A DNA stretch of 64,000 bases, taken from Steroidobacteraceae bacterium. GTDB lineage: Bacteria; Pseudomonadota; Gammaproteobacteria; Steroidobacterales; Steroidobacteraceae. Below the pieces are notes generated by a model. It was given only the letters and a program-made list of their open reading frames with translations, had not been told where the DNA came from and did not search any database. Numbering within the stretch: the stretch's first letter is position 1; each line of letters starts with the position of its first letter. This document shows, in pieces, positions 18,901 to 25,671 of this stretch. Made by a program: the position numbers and the translations under genes. The stretch is from positions 101,875-165,874 of the forward strand of contig DASYKM010000173.1 of the NCBI GenBank assembly GCA_035995425.1, written 5' to 3'.

Positions 18901-19170
18901 CATCTGTGGTGTTCGCTGCTCGGAATCGAAGTCGCGGGCGTCGAGGACAACTTCTTCGAGCTGGGCGGCAATTCGCTGCTGGGTACCCAGCTCATCGTCC
19001 AGGCGGAGAAACTTTTCGGCATCGAGCTGCCGGTGACTGCGCTGTTCGAGTCGCCCACGGTGCGCCAGCTGGCGAAGGTCGTCGATCAGAAGCTGCAACT
19101 TCGCGCCGTGTCGATGCTGATGTACGAAGCCCCCGGGCAGGCGGTGGCGACGAACGAGATGTTGATATGA
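15790..19170 (+). CDS. NRPS elongation module: N-terminal docking domain-C-A-T
   Basis: ATG overlaps the upstream TGA (ATGA). C3 motif reads 'FHQVAMDGHS' (16399-16419). A3 'SAYVIYTSGSTGKPKG', A5 'ELYGMTE', A7 'GELHIGGLSLASGYL', 'YKTGDRV', A10 'NGKVDRNAL', PCP 'LGGNSL' (Ser codon 18973-18975). Confidence 0.9.
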   Translation: MNATSVLTVLFNKGVHVSTQDDELVIDAPKGALQAEDVMLIREHRDDIVDLLRQIKMQREAATPVISVQHDGHAALSDIQQNVLLMEGMAPSIPYGNIPLAFMIEGALDRAALGKSLDAVISMHEILRTTYVVRGDRTVQQIAPASSLPLAFTDFALEPDTEARIEAALRQHEARHFDLARELPVRAMLLRLAPGRYVLSLVFHQVAMDGHSCQLFVRYLSETYARIAAGSGESPAAFAGHQYVDFADWQRRSEKSPNYRQAVAFWKDSLAGAPALHGIPGDFLRPAIQTFAGRTLATELAAQDLARIEQFARDHETSVFTVLQAAFALLVARYSDCHDVVIGTAVANRTRREFFGTLGNLVNTLAFRFDLEAPRTFAGLVEHAKQVIDRAMQNQQVPFNVIVDQVRPARSFSHNPLVQLMLVIQEEEQTQLCLAGTTVTPMFRDPGVAKFDLTLHVYKQSGGAALRWEFNTALFRDNTVTRFARHFQELLLRCIASPEYDLAQLPLRVDRATGHGAPEASDFPAPVCIHDLIARQVRETPLNIAIADAHGHLTYAELEAQAERVASHLRAHRPRDQEFRVAIFCERSARLVVALYATLKAGGVYVPLDPAYPEARIGFMLEDSGASLVLGDGSAPQTTLPVLDLAALLAAEVSTPAVQTTAADSAYVIYTSGSTGKPKGVLVSHRSLFHSLSANKALMRFDASDEIPCLGSQAFGISLLEILLPLVSGACVRMLARDAIRDLDLLISSTQDATILHAVPSLMSRWLERVVEQGGGGYEKLRLLLVGGESVADDLLRAIRAWRPDVELIELYGMTESAVVCASYRPGANYSAHYCIGKPHPTASFYVLNRHLQQQPPGVPGELHIGGLSLASGYLNQPELTAQKFIPHPFATGERLYKTGDRVRLLHDGQFEFLGRVDHQVSLRGVRIEPGEIEALLAAHGDVKKAVAHVVKLPNGEATLVAYYTTGEPPADIATLNESLRGHLSRYLPDYMRPTLYQHLSALPLNPNGKVDRNALPMPVAHVRDAPPETPAERQLGHLWCSLLGIEVAGVEDNFFELGGNSLLGTQLIVQAEKLFGIELPVTALFESPTVRQLAKVVDQKLQLRAVSMLMYEAPGQAVATNEMLI

Positions 19171-20906
19171 ACGACAGCCATGTGAAAACCGGGCGCCTCA
19201 CGCTCACGCGCCTGATCCTGCAGAGCTCGCCCAAGCTGCTGTGGTCTTCACTGACGCTCAGTCTCGTCGCCGGTATCTGCTACAGCCTGATCATCCCGTT
19301 CCTCATGCACGGCATCGGACCGGGCGGCATGCTCGATCCGGCGGCGCGCGCACAGGGGTGGCTCGCGGAAAATTTCGCCGTCCTGTTCTTCACGCTGTGC
19401 CTGGTCACCTTCGGCGCCAAGGCGATGTCGCTGATCCTCGTCACGTACCTGGTCAAGGATCTCGCCGCGGACATGCGCATCCGCCTGTGCCGCAAGATCA
19501 ATCGCGCCAGCGTGCAGGACATCGATACCTTCGGCATGGCCCGCCTCACGAACATCCTCGTCGAGGACATCGGGCGCGTGAGCTTTGCGGCGGTTTGCCT
19601 GCCCATGGTCGCGGTGCAGGTGACCACGGTCACCGGGATGCTCGTCTATCTCGCGTGGCTCGACTGGCGCGTGTTCCTGTGCGCCGTGGCGGTGATCGTC
19701 GGCGGGTTGTTCCTCAATCGCATTCCGCTGCGCATTTCGCTCGGCTACATGGAACAGTCGCGCCGCATTCGCGACCAGGTGCAGGGCGGCGTCAAGGGCA
19801 TCGTGTTCGGCGCGTACGAGCTCAAGCTCGCACGCGAGAAGTCCGAACAGTTCCTCGAGCAGGAGGTCGTCGGCCCGGAGCTGAAGGCCGCGCGCATCGA
19901 CAAGATCGCCGATACCTACCTGCACGTCGCCGGCAGCTTCGTGGAGCTGATCTCGTTCTTCGTCATCGGCCTCGTGGCATTCGTGCTGCCGCGCTACTTC
20001 AGCTTCCAGCTCACCGACATCTACGCCATCGTCATGGCGCTGCTGTACGTCATGTTGCCGATCATGATGGCCTACATGTTGCTGCCCAATATCCAGCGCG
20101 GCTCGGTGGCGCTGGCGCAGATCGAAGAGCTCGAGGCGCTCATCGAAGAACCGGTGGCGGGCGAGCCCATCGGTGCGTGGTCCACCTTCGAAGTGCGCAA
20201 CCTGCAGTATCGATATCACAATGCCGCGGAGCCCGGTGAGGGCTTCCGCCTGCAGCCCATCACGCTGCGCTTTCGCCGGGGCGAGGTGGTATTCGTGGTC
20301 GGCGGCAATGGCTCGGGCAAATCGACGCTGAGCAAGCTCATCTCGCTGCACTACGCGGCCGAGTCCGGTGAGATCCGCTTCGATGACACGCGCGTCGGTC
20401 CGCACAACCTCGGCGCGGCGCGCGAGCAGATCGCGGTGATCTATTCGAACTACTATCTGTTCGAACGCGTGTATGGTCCGCTGGATTCCGCGCGCGAGGC
20501 CGCGATGCAGAAGTATCTGCAATTGTTCGGGTTGCAGGACAAGGTGCGGTTCGAAGCGGGCAGATTCTCCACCACCAAGCTCTCCGACGGCCAGCGGCGG
20601 CGCCTGGCGCTCGTGGTTGCGCTGCTCGACGATCGCCAGATCTATCTGCTCGACGAATGGGCGGCGGACCAGGATCCGGAGTTCCGCGAGATCTTCTACA
20701 CGCAAGTGCTGCAGCAGATGCGCGCCGACGGCAAGCTGGTCATCGTGATCACGCACGACGACCGCTACTTCCATCACGCCGATCGCGTGGTGGTCATGGA
20801 ATTCGGCGGCGTGCGCCAGGAAACGCAGCGGCAGCACGGCCCGGCGCCGCTGCCGCGCAGCTTCGGCACTTCGCAGGCCCATGGGCCGGTCGCGTTGCAG
20901 TCATGA
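19167..20906 (+). CDS. cyclic-peptide / siderophore-type ABC exporter (SyrD / PvdE / YojI family, fused TMD-NBD)
   Basis: ATG overlaps the NRPS2 TGA. Six-helix TMD, Walker A 'GGNGSGKST', signature 'LSDGQRRRL', family-typical 'LLDEWAADQDPEFR'. Confidence 0.85.
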   Translation: MNDSHVKTGRLTLTRLILQSSPKLLWSSLTLSLVAGICYSLIIPFLMHGIGPGGMLDPAARAQGWLAENFAVLFFTLCLVTFGAKAMSLILVTYLVKDLAADMRIRLCRKINRASVQDIDTFGMARLTNILVEDIGRVSFAAVCLPMVAVQVTTVTGMLVYLAWLDWRVFLCAVAVIVGGLFLNRIPLRISLGYMEQSRRIRDQVQGGVKGIVFGAYELKLAREKSEQFLEQEVVGPELKAARIDKIADTYLHVAGSFVELISFFVIGLVAFVLPRYFSFQLTDIYAIVMALLYVMLPIMMAYMLLPNIQRGSVALAQIEELEALIEEPVAGEPIGAWSTFEVRNLQYRYHNAAEPGEGFRLQPITLRFRRGEVVFVVGGNGSGKSTLSKLISLHYAAESGEIRFDDTRVGPHNLGAAREQIAVIYSNYYLFERVYGPLDSAREAAMQKYLQLFGLQDKVRFEAGRFSTTKLSDGQRRRLALVVALLDDRQIYLLDEWAADQDPEFREIFYTQVLQQMRADGKLVIVITHDDRYFHHADRVVVMEFGGVRQETQRQHGPAPLPRSFGTSQAHGPVALQS

Positions 20907-21082
20907 ACGCCGAAGCAGCCGGACGCGCTGACGTTGCCGACGTGATCGCGCAGTGCGCGCGCTCCGGCGTGCGCATGTCGGTCGACGGCGAGCAGTTGCG
21001 CCTGCAACTGCCGCAGGGTGGCATAGCACCCGCGCTGGTCTCGCTGATCCGGGAGAACAAGTCCGGTCTGATCCGGGCGCTC
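20903..21082 (+). other. TubC_N-like NRPS docking domain
   Basis: 'VADVIAQCARSGVRMSVDGEQLRLQLPQGGIAPALVSLIRENKSGLIRAL' has the same pattern as the NRPS2 N-terminus. Confidence 0.6.
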
Positions 21083-24000
21083 ACCGCCGTCAATGCCAGC
21101 GTCGCGAGACTCGCTCCGCCGCCGATGAAACGCGCGGCGCACGCGGGACGCCTGCCACTCGCCTACGGCCAGGAGAATCTGTGGCTGGGCGAGGAGCTGG
21201 CCGAGGTGGGCGACATGTCGCACCTCACCGTGGTCGTGAAGCTCCAGGGCACGGTGGATGTCGGTGCGCTGAAATCGGCGATTGCTTTCATCATCGAGCG
21301 ACACGCGCCGCTGCGAACCCGGTACCCGGAAGCGGCGGACGGAAGACCGTATCAGGAAGTGCTTTCCGCGGACGATACGCCCTTCGAATCGCTCGATCGG
21401 TCGGGCGCGGCGCCGCAGGTCATCGAGACCCTGTTAGGCGAGCTGCACCGGCGGCGTTTCTGGCTCAAAGACGGATTTCCTTGCCGCAGCACGCTCATCC
21501 GGCTCGCGAACGAGCAGCACATCTTCGTTTTCACGACGCATCACATCTGCTCCGATGGATGGTCGATCGGCGTGCTGCTGCGGGAGATCGGCGAGTGCTA
21601 CAACGCCGTCGCCCGGGGCCGCGCGCCGTCATGCCCGCCGCTCGAGATCGAATATTCCGATTACGCACTGTGGCAGAAGGACGCGGAAGAGTCGGCGTGG
21701 TTCGGCGCGGGACTGCGGTACTGGAAGGAGCGGCTCAAGGATCCGCCGGCGCTGCATGGCCTGCCTCTCGACCGGCCGCGACCGACGGTTCAGTCGTATG
21801 CGACGGCTCGCGTGAGCCACGACATCGATGTCGCCACCCTGCGGCGGCTCGAGACCTTCGCGCGCGCGCAAGGCACGACCTTGTTCGTCGTGCTGATGAG
21901 TGCCTTCGGAATGCTGGTGCATCGCTACAGTGGTGACGAAGACATGATCGTCGGCACGCCGATCGCCAACCGGCTGCGCGACGAGATGTCCCCGCTCGTC
22001 GGACTCTTCATGAACGTGCTGGCGATGCGGCTGCGCATCCAGGCCGCCGACACGGGTGCGGACTTCATCGCGCGCACGCATGCGCACTATCTGCGCGACA
22101 TCGAGCACCAGGGCATCCCCATCGAGCGCGTGGCGGTCGAGGTGGCGCGCGAGTCGAAGGCCTCGAGCCATGCACCACTCGCGCAATTGTCGTTCGTGCT
22201 GCACAACAACGTCGTCGCCGAAGTATCCATGCAGGGTCTCCAGTGCCGCACGGAGTTCACGCTGCCGGGCGCGTCGGTCTATGAGCTCAACGTGTCCGCG
22301 CACGAGACGGCACAGGGACTGCATTTCGACTGGCAGTACAACACCGGCATTTTCGACCCGGACCGCATCGGCCGCATGGCCGCGCACTTCGCCTCTCTGC
22401 TGCGCGATCTGCTGAAGTCGCCGCGCAAGCGCGTCGGCCAGCTGCGGATGATCTCCGACGAAGAGCAGGCGGCGTTGCTCACGCTCGGCAACGACAGTGC
22501 GACGCCGTACGCGCCCGAAGTGGCGTTCCACGAATTGTTCGAAGCGCGTGCCGCGAGCGACCCGCGCAAGATCGCGGTGATCTGCGGCGAGCAGCGCCTC
22601 GACTACGATGCGCTGAACCGGCGCGCGAACCAGCTCGCGCACTGGCTGCGCGCGAGCGGCCGCGCGCAGGCGGATCTGCCCATCGGCGTGAGCCTCGAGC
22701 GCTCGGCGGACATGCTGGTGGCGCTGCTCGCGGTGGTGAAGGCCGGAGCCGCCTATCTACCGCTCGATCCGGCGTATCCCGCGGCACGGCTGGCCCACAT
22801 GGCCGGCCACGCCGGGGTGCGCACCGTGATTGCCTCGCGTGCCACCGCGGCGGGGGTCGGCGATCCGGCGGCGGCGGTACTGCTCGACGACGGCAGCTTC
22901 CGCGCGGTGCTCGAAGCGCAGCCGGACACCAATCCCTCGGCCACGACGGGCTGGCAGGGCGGCAACCGCCTCGCCTACGTGATCTACACCTCGGGATCCA
23001 CGGGTCAGCCGAAAGGCGTGATGATCGAGCATCGCAGCCTCACCAATTTCCTGCGTTCGATGCAGAAGGAACCGGGAATTCACACGGACGACGTGATGCT
23101 CGCTGTGACCACGCCGTCGTTCGACATCCACACCCTCGAGCTCTTCGCGCCGCTCGTGAGCGGTGCCACGGTGGTGATCGCCGGGCCCGGCGAATATGCC
23201 GATCCCGCCGAGCTCGCACGCCTCATCGACACGCACGCGGTATCCGTGGTCCAGGCCACGCCCACGACCTGGCTCGGGCTCATGGATTACGGCTGGTCGC
23301 CGCAGCGGGATCTCAAGGCCTTGTGTGGCGGGGAGGCGCTGCCCGAAGCGCTCCGGGACAAACTACTCGCGCGGCCACTGCTCGCGCTGTGGAACATGTA
23401 CGGACCCACCGAGACCTGCGTATGGTCGGCGGTCAAGCGCATCGAGAAAGACGTGGTGATCGGCCGGCCGATCGCCAACACCCGCTTCTACGTGCTCGAC
23501 CGCGAGCTGGCGCCGGTACCCATCGGCGTCGACGGCGATCTCTATATCGCGGGCGACGGCCTGGCACGCGGCTATCTGCATCAGCCCGAGCTCACGGCCG
23601 GGGCATTTCCGACGACGCTGCCGGCGTCGCTGCCGGAACAGCGCCTCTACAAGACTGGCGATCGGGTGTGCCGGCGCGCCGATGGCGACCTGGTCTTTCG
23701 CGGGCGGCAGGACCACCAGGTCAAGGTCAACGGCTTCCGCATCGAAACGGCGGAGGTGGCGGCCGCGCTCGAGACGCTGCCCGGCGTCAAACAAGCTGCC
23801 GTGGTTGTCAGGCAGCGCGCCAACGGCGCGTCATTTCTGGCGGCGTTCGTGGTGACTGATGGCGACGCGTGGTCGGCACGGGTGCTCGGCGCGCAACTGC
23901 AGATGCTGCTGCCACGCTACATGATTCCCGCGGTCATCGAGCGCCTGGAGCGCCTGCCACACACCGCGAACGGCAAGCTGGATTTGAAACAACTGGGCGC

Positions 24001-25663
24001 GCGTCCGCTGCAGACGCCGGAATTCGCCGCGGCGCAGTCCGTGGAGCTGCCGCAAACATCCGTCGAGCGTGCGATCGCCTCGGCGTGGACCGATCTGCTC
24101 GGCGTGCAAAGCCTCACGCTCGATGACGATGTGTTCGCGCACGGCGCCGACTCCATCCGCGTGCTCATGTTCATCGGGCGCATGCGCAAGCAAGGCCTGA
24201 AACTGCGGGTCGGCGACATCTATCGCCTGCCGACCGTGCGCGCGCTGGCCGGCATCGCCGAGCAGGTCGGCGATGACAGCGGTCGGTCGCTGTATTCCGG
24301 CCCGGCGCCGCTGCTCGCCGACCAGCTCGCGGCGCTCGGCAATGAGTTCGTGTGGCGCAAGTTCTTCATCAACTTCATGTTCGACCTGCCGCGGCCATTG
24401 GACCTCGCGATCCTGCAGCGTGCGTTCGAGCGGCTCGCCGGTACGCACGACGCCTTGCGCGCGCGACTCACGCGGACCGATGGCCGGTGGCGACAGCACA
24501 TTGCAGCGGAATGCGACCAGCCGGCGGTGTTTGCCGAGACCCTGGGCTGCGGTTGGCTCGAGGCGCAGGCGCCCGATGAGATCCGTGCCGCCACCGATCG
24601 TGTGCACGCGCGTCTGTCTATCGAGCAAGGGCCGCTGTCCTGCGCGGCCGAGATCGTCGACTCGCAGGGCGTGCGCAAGCTGCTGTTCTGCGTGAGCCAC
24701 CTCGTGGCGGACGGATTTTCCACCGTGGTGCTGCTCGAAGACCTCATCGAGGCCTACGCGGCGTTGCGAGCCGGTGCGCAGCCAGCGTCAGCCAACACCC
24801 TATCTATCGGCAAGTGGGCGCCGCTCTATCGTGAGTACGTGAGCTCCGCGGCGTTCTGCGCGCAGATTGCCTACTGGGAAGCGCTGCCGTGGAGCAGGTG
24901 CGCACCGTTGCCGCTCGATTATCCGCAGAACGATACGCCGCAGATCAACGTGGCGCATTCCTCCCAGCACACCGGACTGCAACTCGACGCCGCCTCGAGC
25001 CAGGCGGTACATCTCGATGTGCCGCGACAGCTCGGGATCACGGCGCGGAACTTCATCGCCATCGCGCTCGCGCGCGTGCTCATGCGCTGGAACGGAGCCG
25101 ATGCGGTGGCGCTCGACATCCACGACGCGGGGCGCCAGCACGTTCAGGACGCGCTCGGAATCGATCTGTCGCGGACCGTCGGCGCGTTCTCGATTCGCAA
25201 CCGCGTGCTGCTCGAGCGCGTGCCGGCCGCCGATGCACAGCGCGAGCTCCTGGAAATGCACCAGCAACTCGAGCTCATTCCGCAGGGCGGGGCGGGCCTG
25301 CTGCCGCTGCAGGTGGCCTGCGAACGTGAAGAGGTGGCCGAGCGGGCGCGCCGGATTCCGAAGGCCGAGGTGTGGTTCAACTATCTCGGGACTGTCAACG
25401 ACACGCTGTCGGCGCACGAGCGCGCCGATGCCGATATTCCCACGCGCATGTCCGAGGCCGTCCGCCACATCCAGGGCGTTACGCACGACCCGCGGACGCC
25501 GCGCGAGCGGACGCTGAGTCTCCTCGGCTTCGTCAGGAATGGCGTGCTCGAGCTCAGTTTCGAATACAGCGCGCAATTGCATCGCGAGGAAACCATCCGC
25601 GAGCTGGCGCAGCAGCTGCGCGTCGAGATGATGAACACACTGCGTGCCGTCGGCGCGATTTAG
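20903..25663 (+). CDS. NRPS termination module: docking-C-A(Gly-like)-T-terminal C domain
   Basis: ATG overlaps the exporter TGA. C3 'THHICSDGWS'. A3 'LAYVIYTSGSTGQPKG', A5 'NMYGPTE', A7 'GDLYIAGDGLARGYL', A10 'NGKLD'. PCP 'HGADSI' (Ser codon 24152-24154). Second C-like domain with 'SHLVADGFS'. No TE or R domain. Confidence 0.9.
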   Translation: MNAEAAGRADVADVIAQCARSGVRMSVDGEQLRLQLPQGGIAPALVSLIRENKSGLIRALTAVNASVARLAPPPMKRAAHAGRLPLAYGQENLWLGEELAEVGDMSHLTVVVKLQGTVDVGALKSAIAFIIERHAPLRTRYPEAADGRPYQEVLSADDTPFESLDRSGAAPQVIETLLGELHRRRFWLKDGFPCRSTLIRLANEQHIFVFTTHHICSDGWSIGVLLREIGECYNAVARGRAPSCPPLEIEYSDYALWQKDAEESAWFGAGLRYWKERLKDPPALHGLPLDRPRPTVQSYATARVSHDIDVATLRRLETFARAQGTTLFVVLMSAFGMLVHRYSGDEDMIVGTPIANRLRDEMSPLVGLFMNVLAMRLRIQAADTGADFIARTHAHYLRDIEHQGIPIERVAVEVARESKASSHAPLAQLSFVLHNNVVAEVSMQGLQCRTEFTLPGASVYELNVSAHETAQGLHFDWQYNTGIFDPDRIGRMAAHFASLLRDLLKSPRKRVGQLRMISDEEQAALLTLGNDSATPYAPEVAFHELFEARAASDPRKIAVICGEQRLDYDALNRRANQLAHWLRASGRAQADLPIGVSLERSADMLVALLAVVKAGAAYLPLDPAYPAARLAHMAGHAGVRTVIASRATAAGVGDPAAAVLLDDGSFRAVLEAQPDTNPSATTGWQGGNRLAYVIYTSGSTGQPKGVMIEHRSLTNFLRSMQKEPGIHTDDVMLAVTTPSFDIHTLELFAPLVSGATVVIAGPGEYADPAELARLIDTHAVSVVQATPTTWLGLMDYGWSPQRDLKALCGGEALPEALRDKLLARPLLALWNMYGPTETCVWSAVKRIEKDVVIGRPIANTRFYVLDRELAPVPIGVDGDLYIAGDGLARGYLHQPELTAGAFPTTLPASLPEQRLYKTGDRVCRRADGDLVFRGRQDHQVKVNGFRIETAEVAAALETLPGVKQAAVVVRQRANGASFLAAFVVTDGDAWSARVLGAQLQMLLPRYMIPAVIERLERLPHTANGKLDLKQLGARPLQTPEFAAAQSVELPQTSVERAIASAWTDLLGVQSLTLDDDVFAHGADSIRVLMFIGRMRKQGLKLRVGDIYRLPTVRALAGIAEQVGDDSGRSLYSGPAPLLADQLAALGNEFVWRKFFINFMFDLPRPLDLAILQRAFERLAGTHDALRARLTRTDGRWRQHIAAECDQPAVFAETLGCGWLEAQAPDEIRAATDRVHARLSIEQGPLSCAAEIVDSQGVRKLLFCVSHLVADGFSTVVLLEDLIEAYAALRAGAQPASANTLSIGKWAPLYREYVSSAAFCAQIAYWEALPWSRCAPLPLDYPQNDTPQINVAHSSQHTGLQLDAASSQAVHLDVPRQLGITARNFIAIALARVLMRWNGADAVALDIHDAGRQHVQDALGIDLSRTVGAFSIRNRVLLERVPAADAQRELLEMHQQLELIPQGGAGLLPLQVACEREEVAERARRIPKAEVWFNYLGTVNDTLSAHERADADIPTRMSEAVRHIQGVTHDPRTPRERTLSLLGFVRNGVLELSFEYSAQLHREETIRELAQQLRVEMMNTLRAVGAI
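24305..25660 (+). other. terminal condensation-like (CT-type) domain, approximate bounds
   Basis: About 450 aa after the last PCP. The active-site motif is SHxxxDG ('VSHLVADGFS', 24695-24715) rather than HHxxxDG. Confidence 0.7.
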
Positions 25664-25671
25664 GGGAACGC

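Noticed and set aside
18291-19166. An in-frame upstream extension of the ABC exporter ORF. The same applies to 20657-20902 for NRPS3 and 25372-25671 for the CHS gene.
   Set aside because: The extensions overlap the well-supported 3' ends of the preceding NRPS genes and translate to low-complexity Arg/Ala strings. ATG starts at 19167, 20903 and 25672 give sensible N-termini and ATGA coupling.
14261-22642. Multiple long antisense ORFs inside the NRPS and exporter genes. Examples are 14261-15637, 15211-16515, 16594-17859, 17866-18636, 19248-20882 and 21629-22642, all on the minus strand.
   Set aside because: They are typical high-GC shadow frames. They are Arg/Ala/Gly/His-rich with no motifs, and they lie opposite genes with unambiguous NRPS or ABC signatures.
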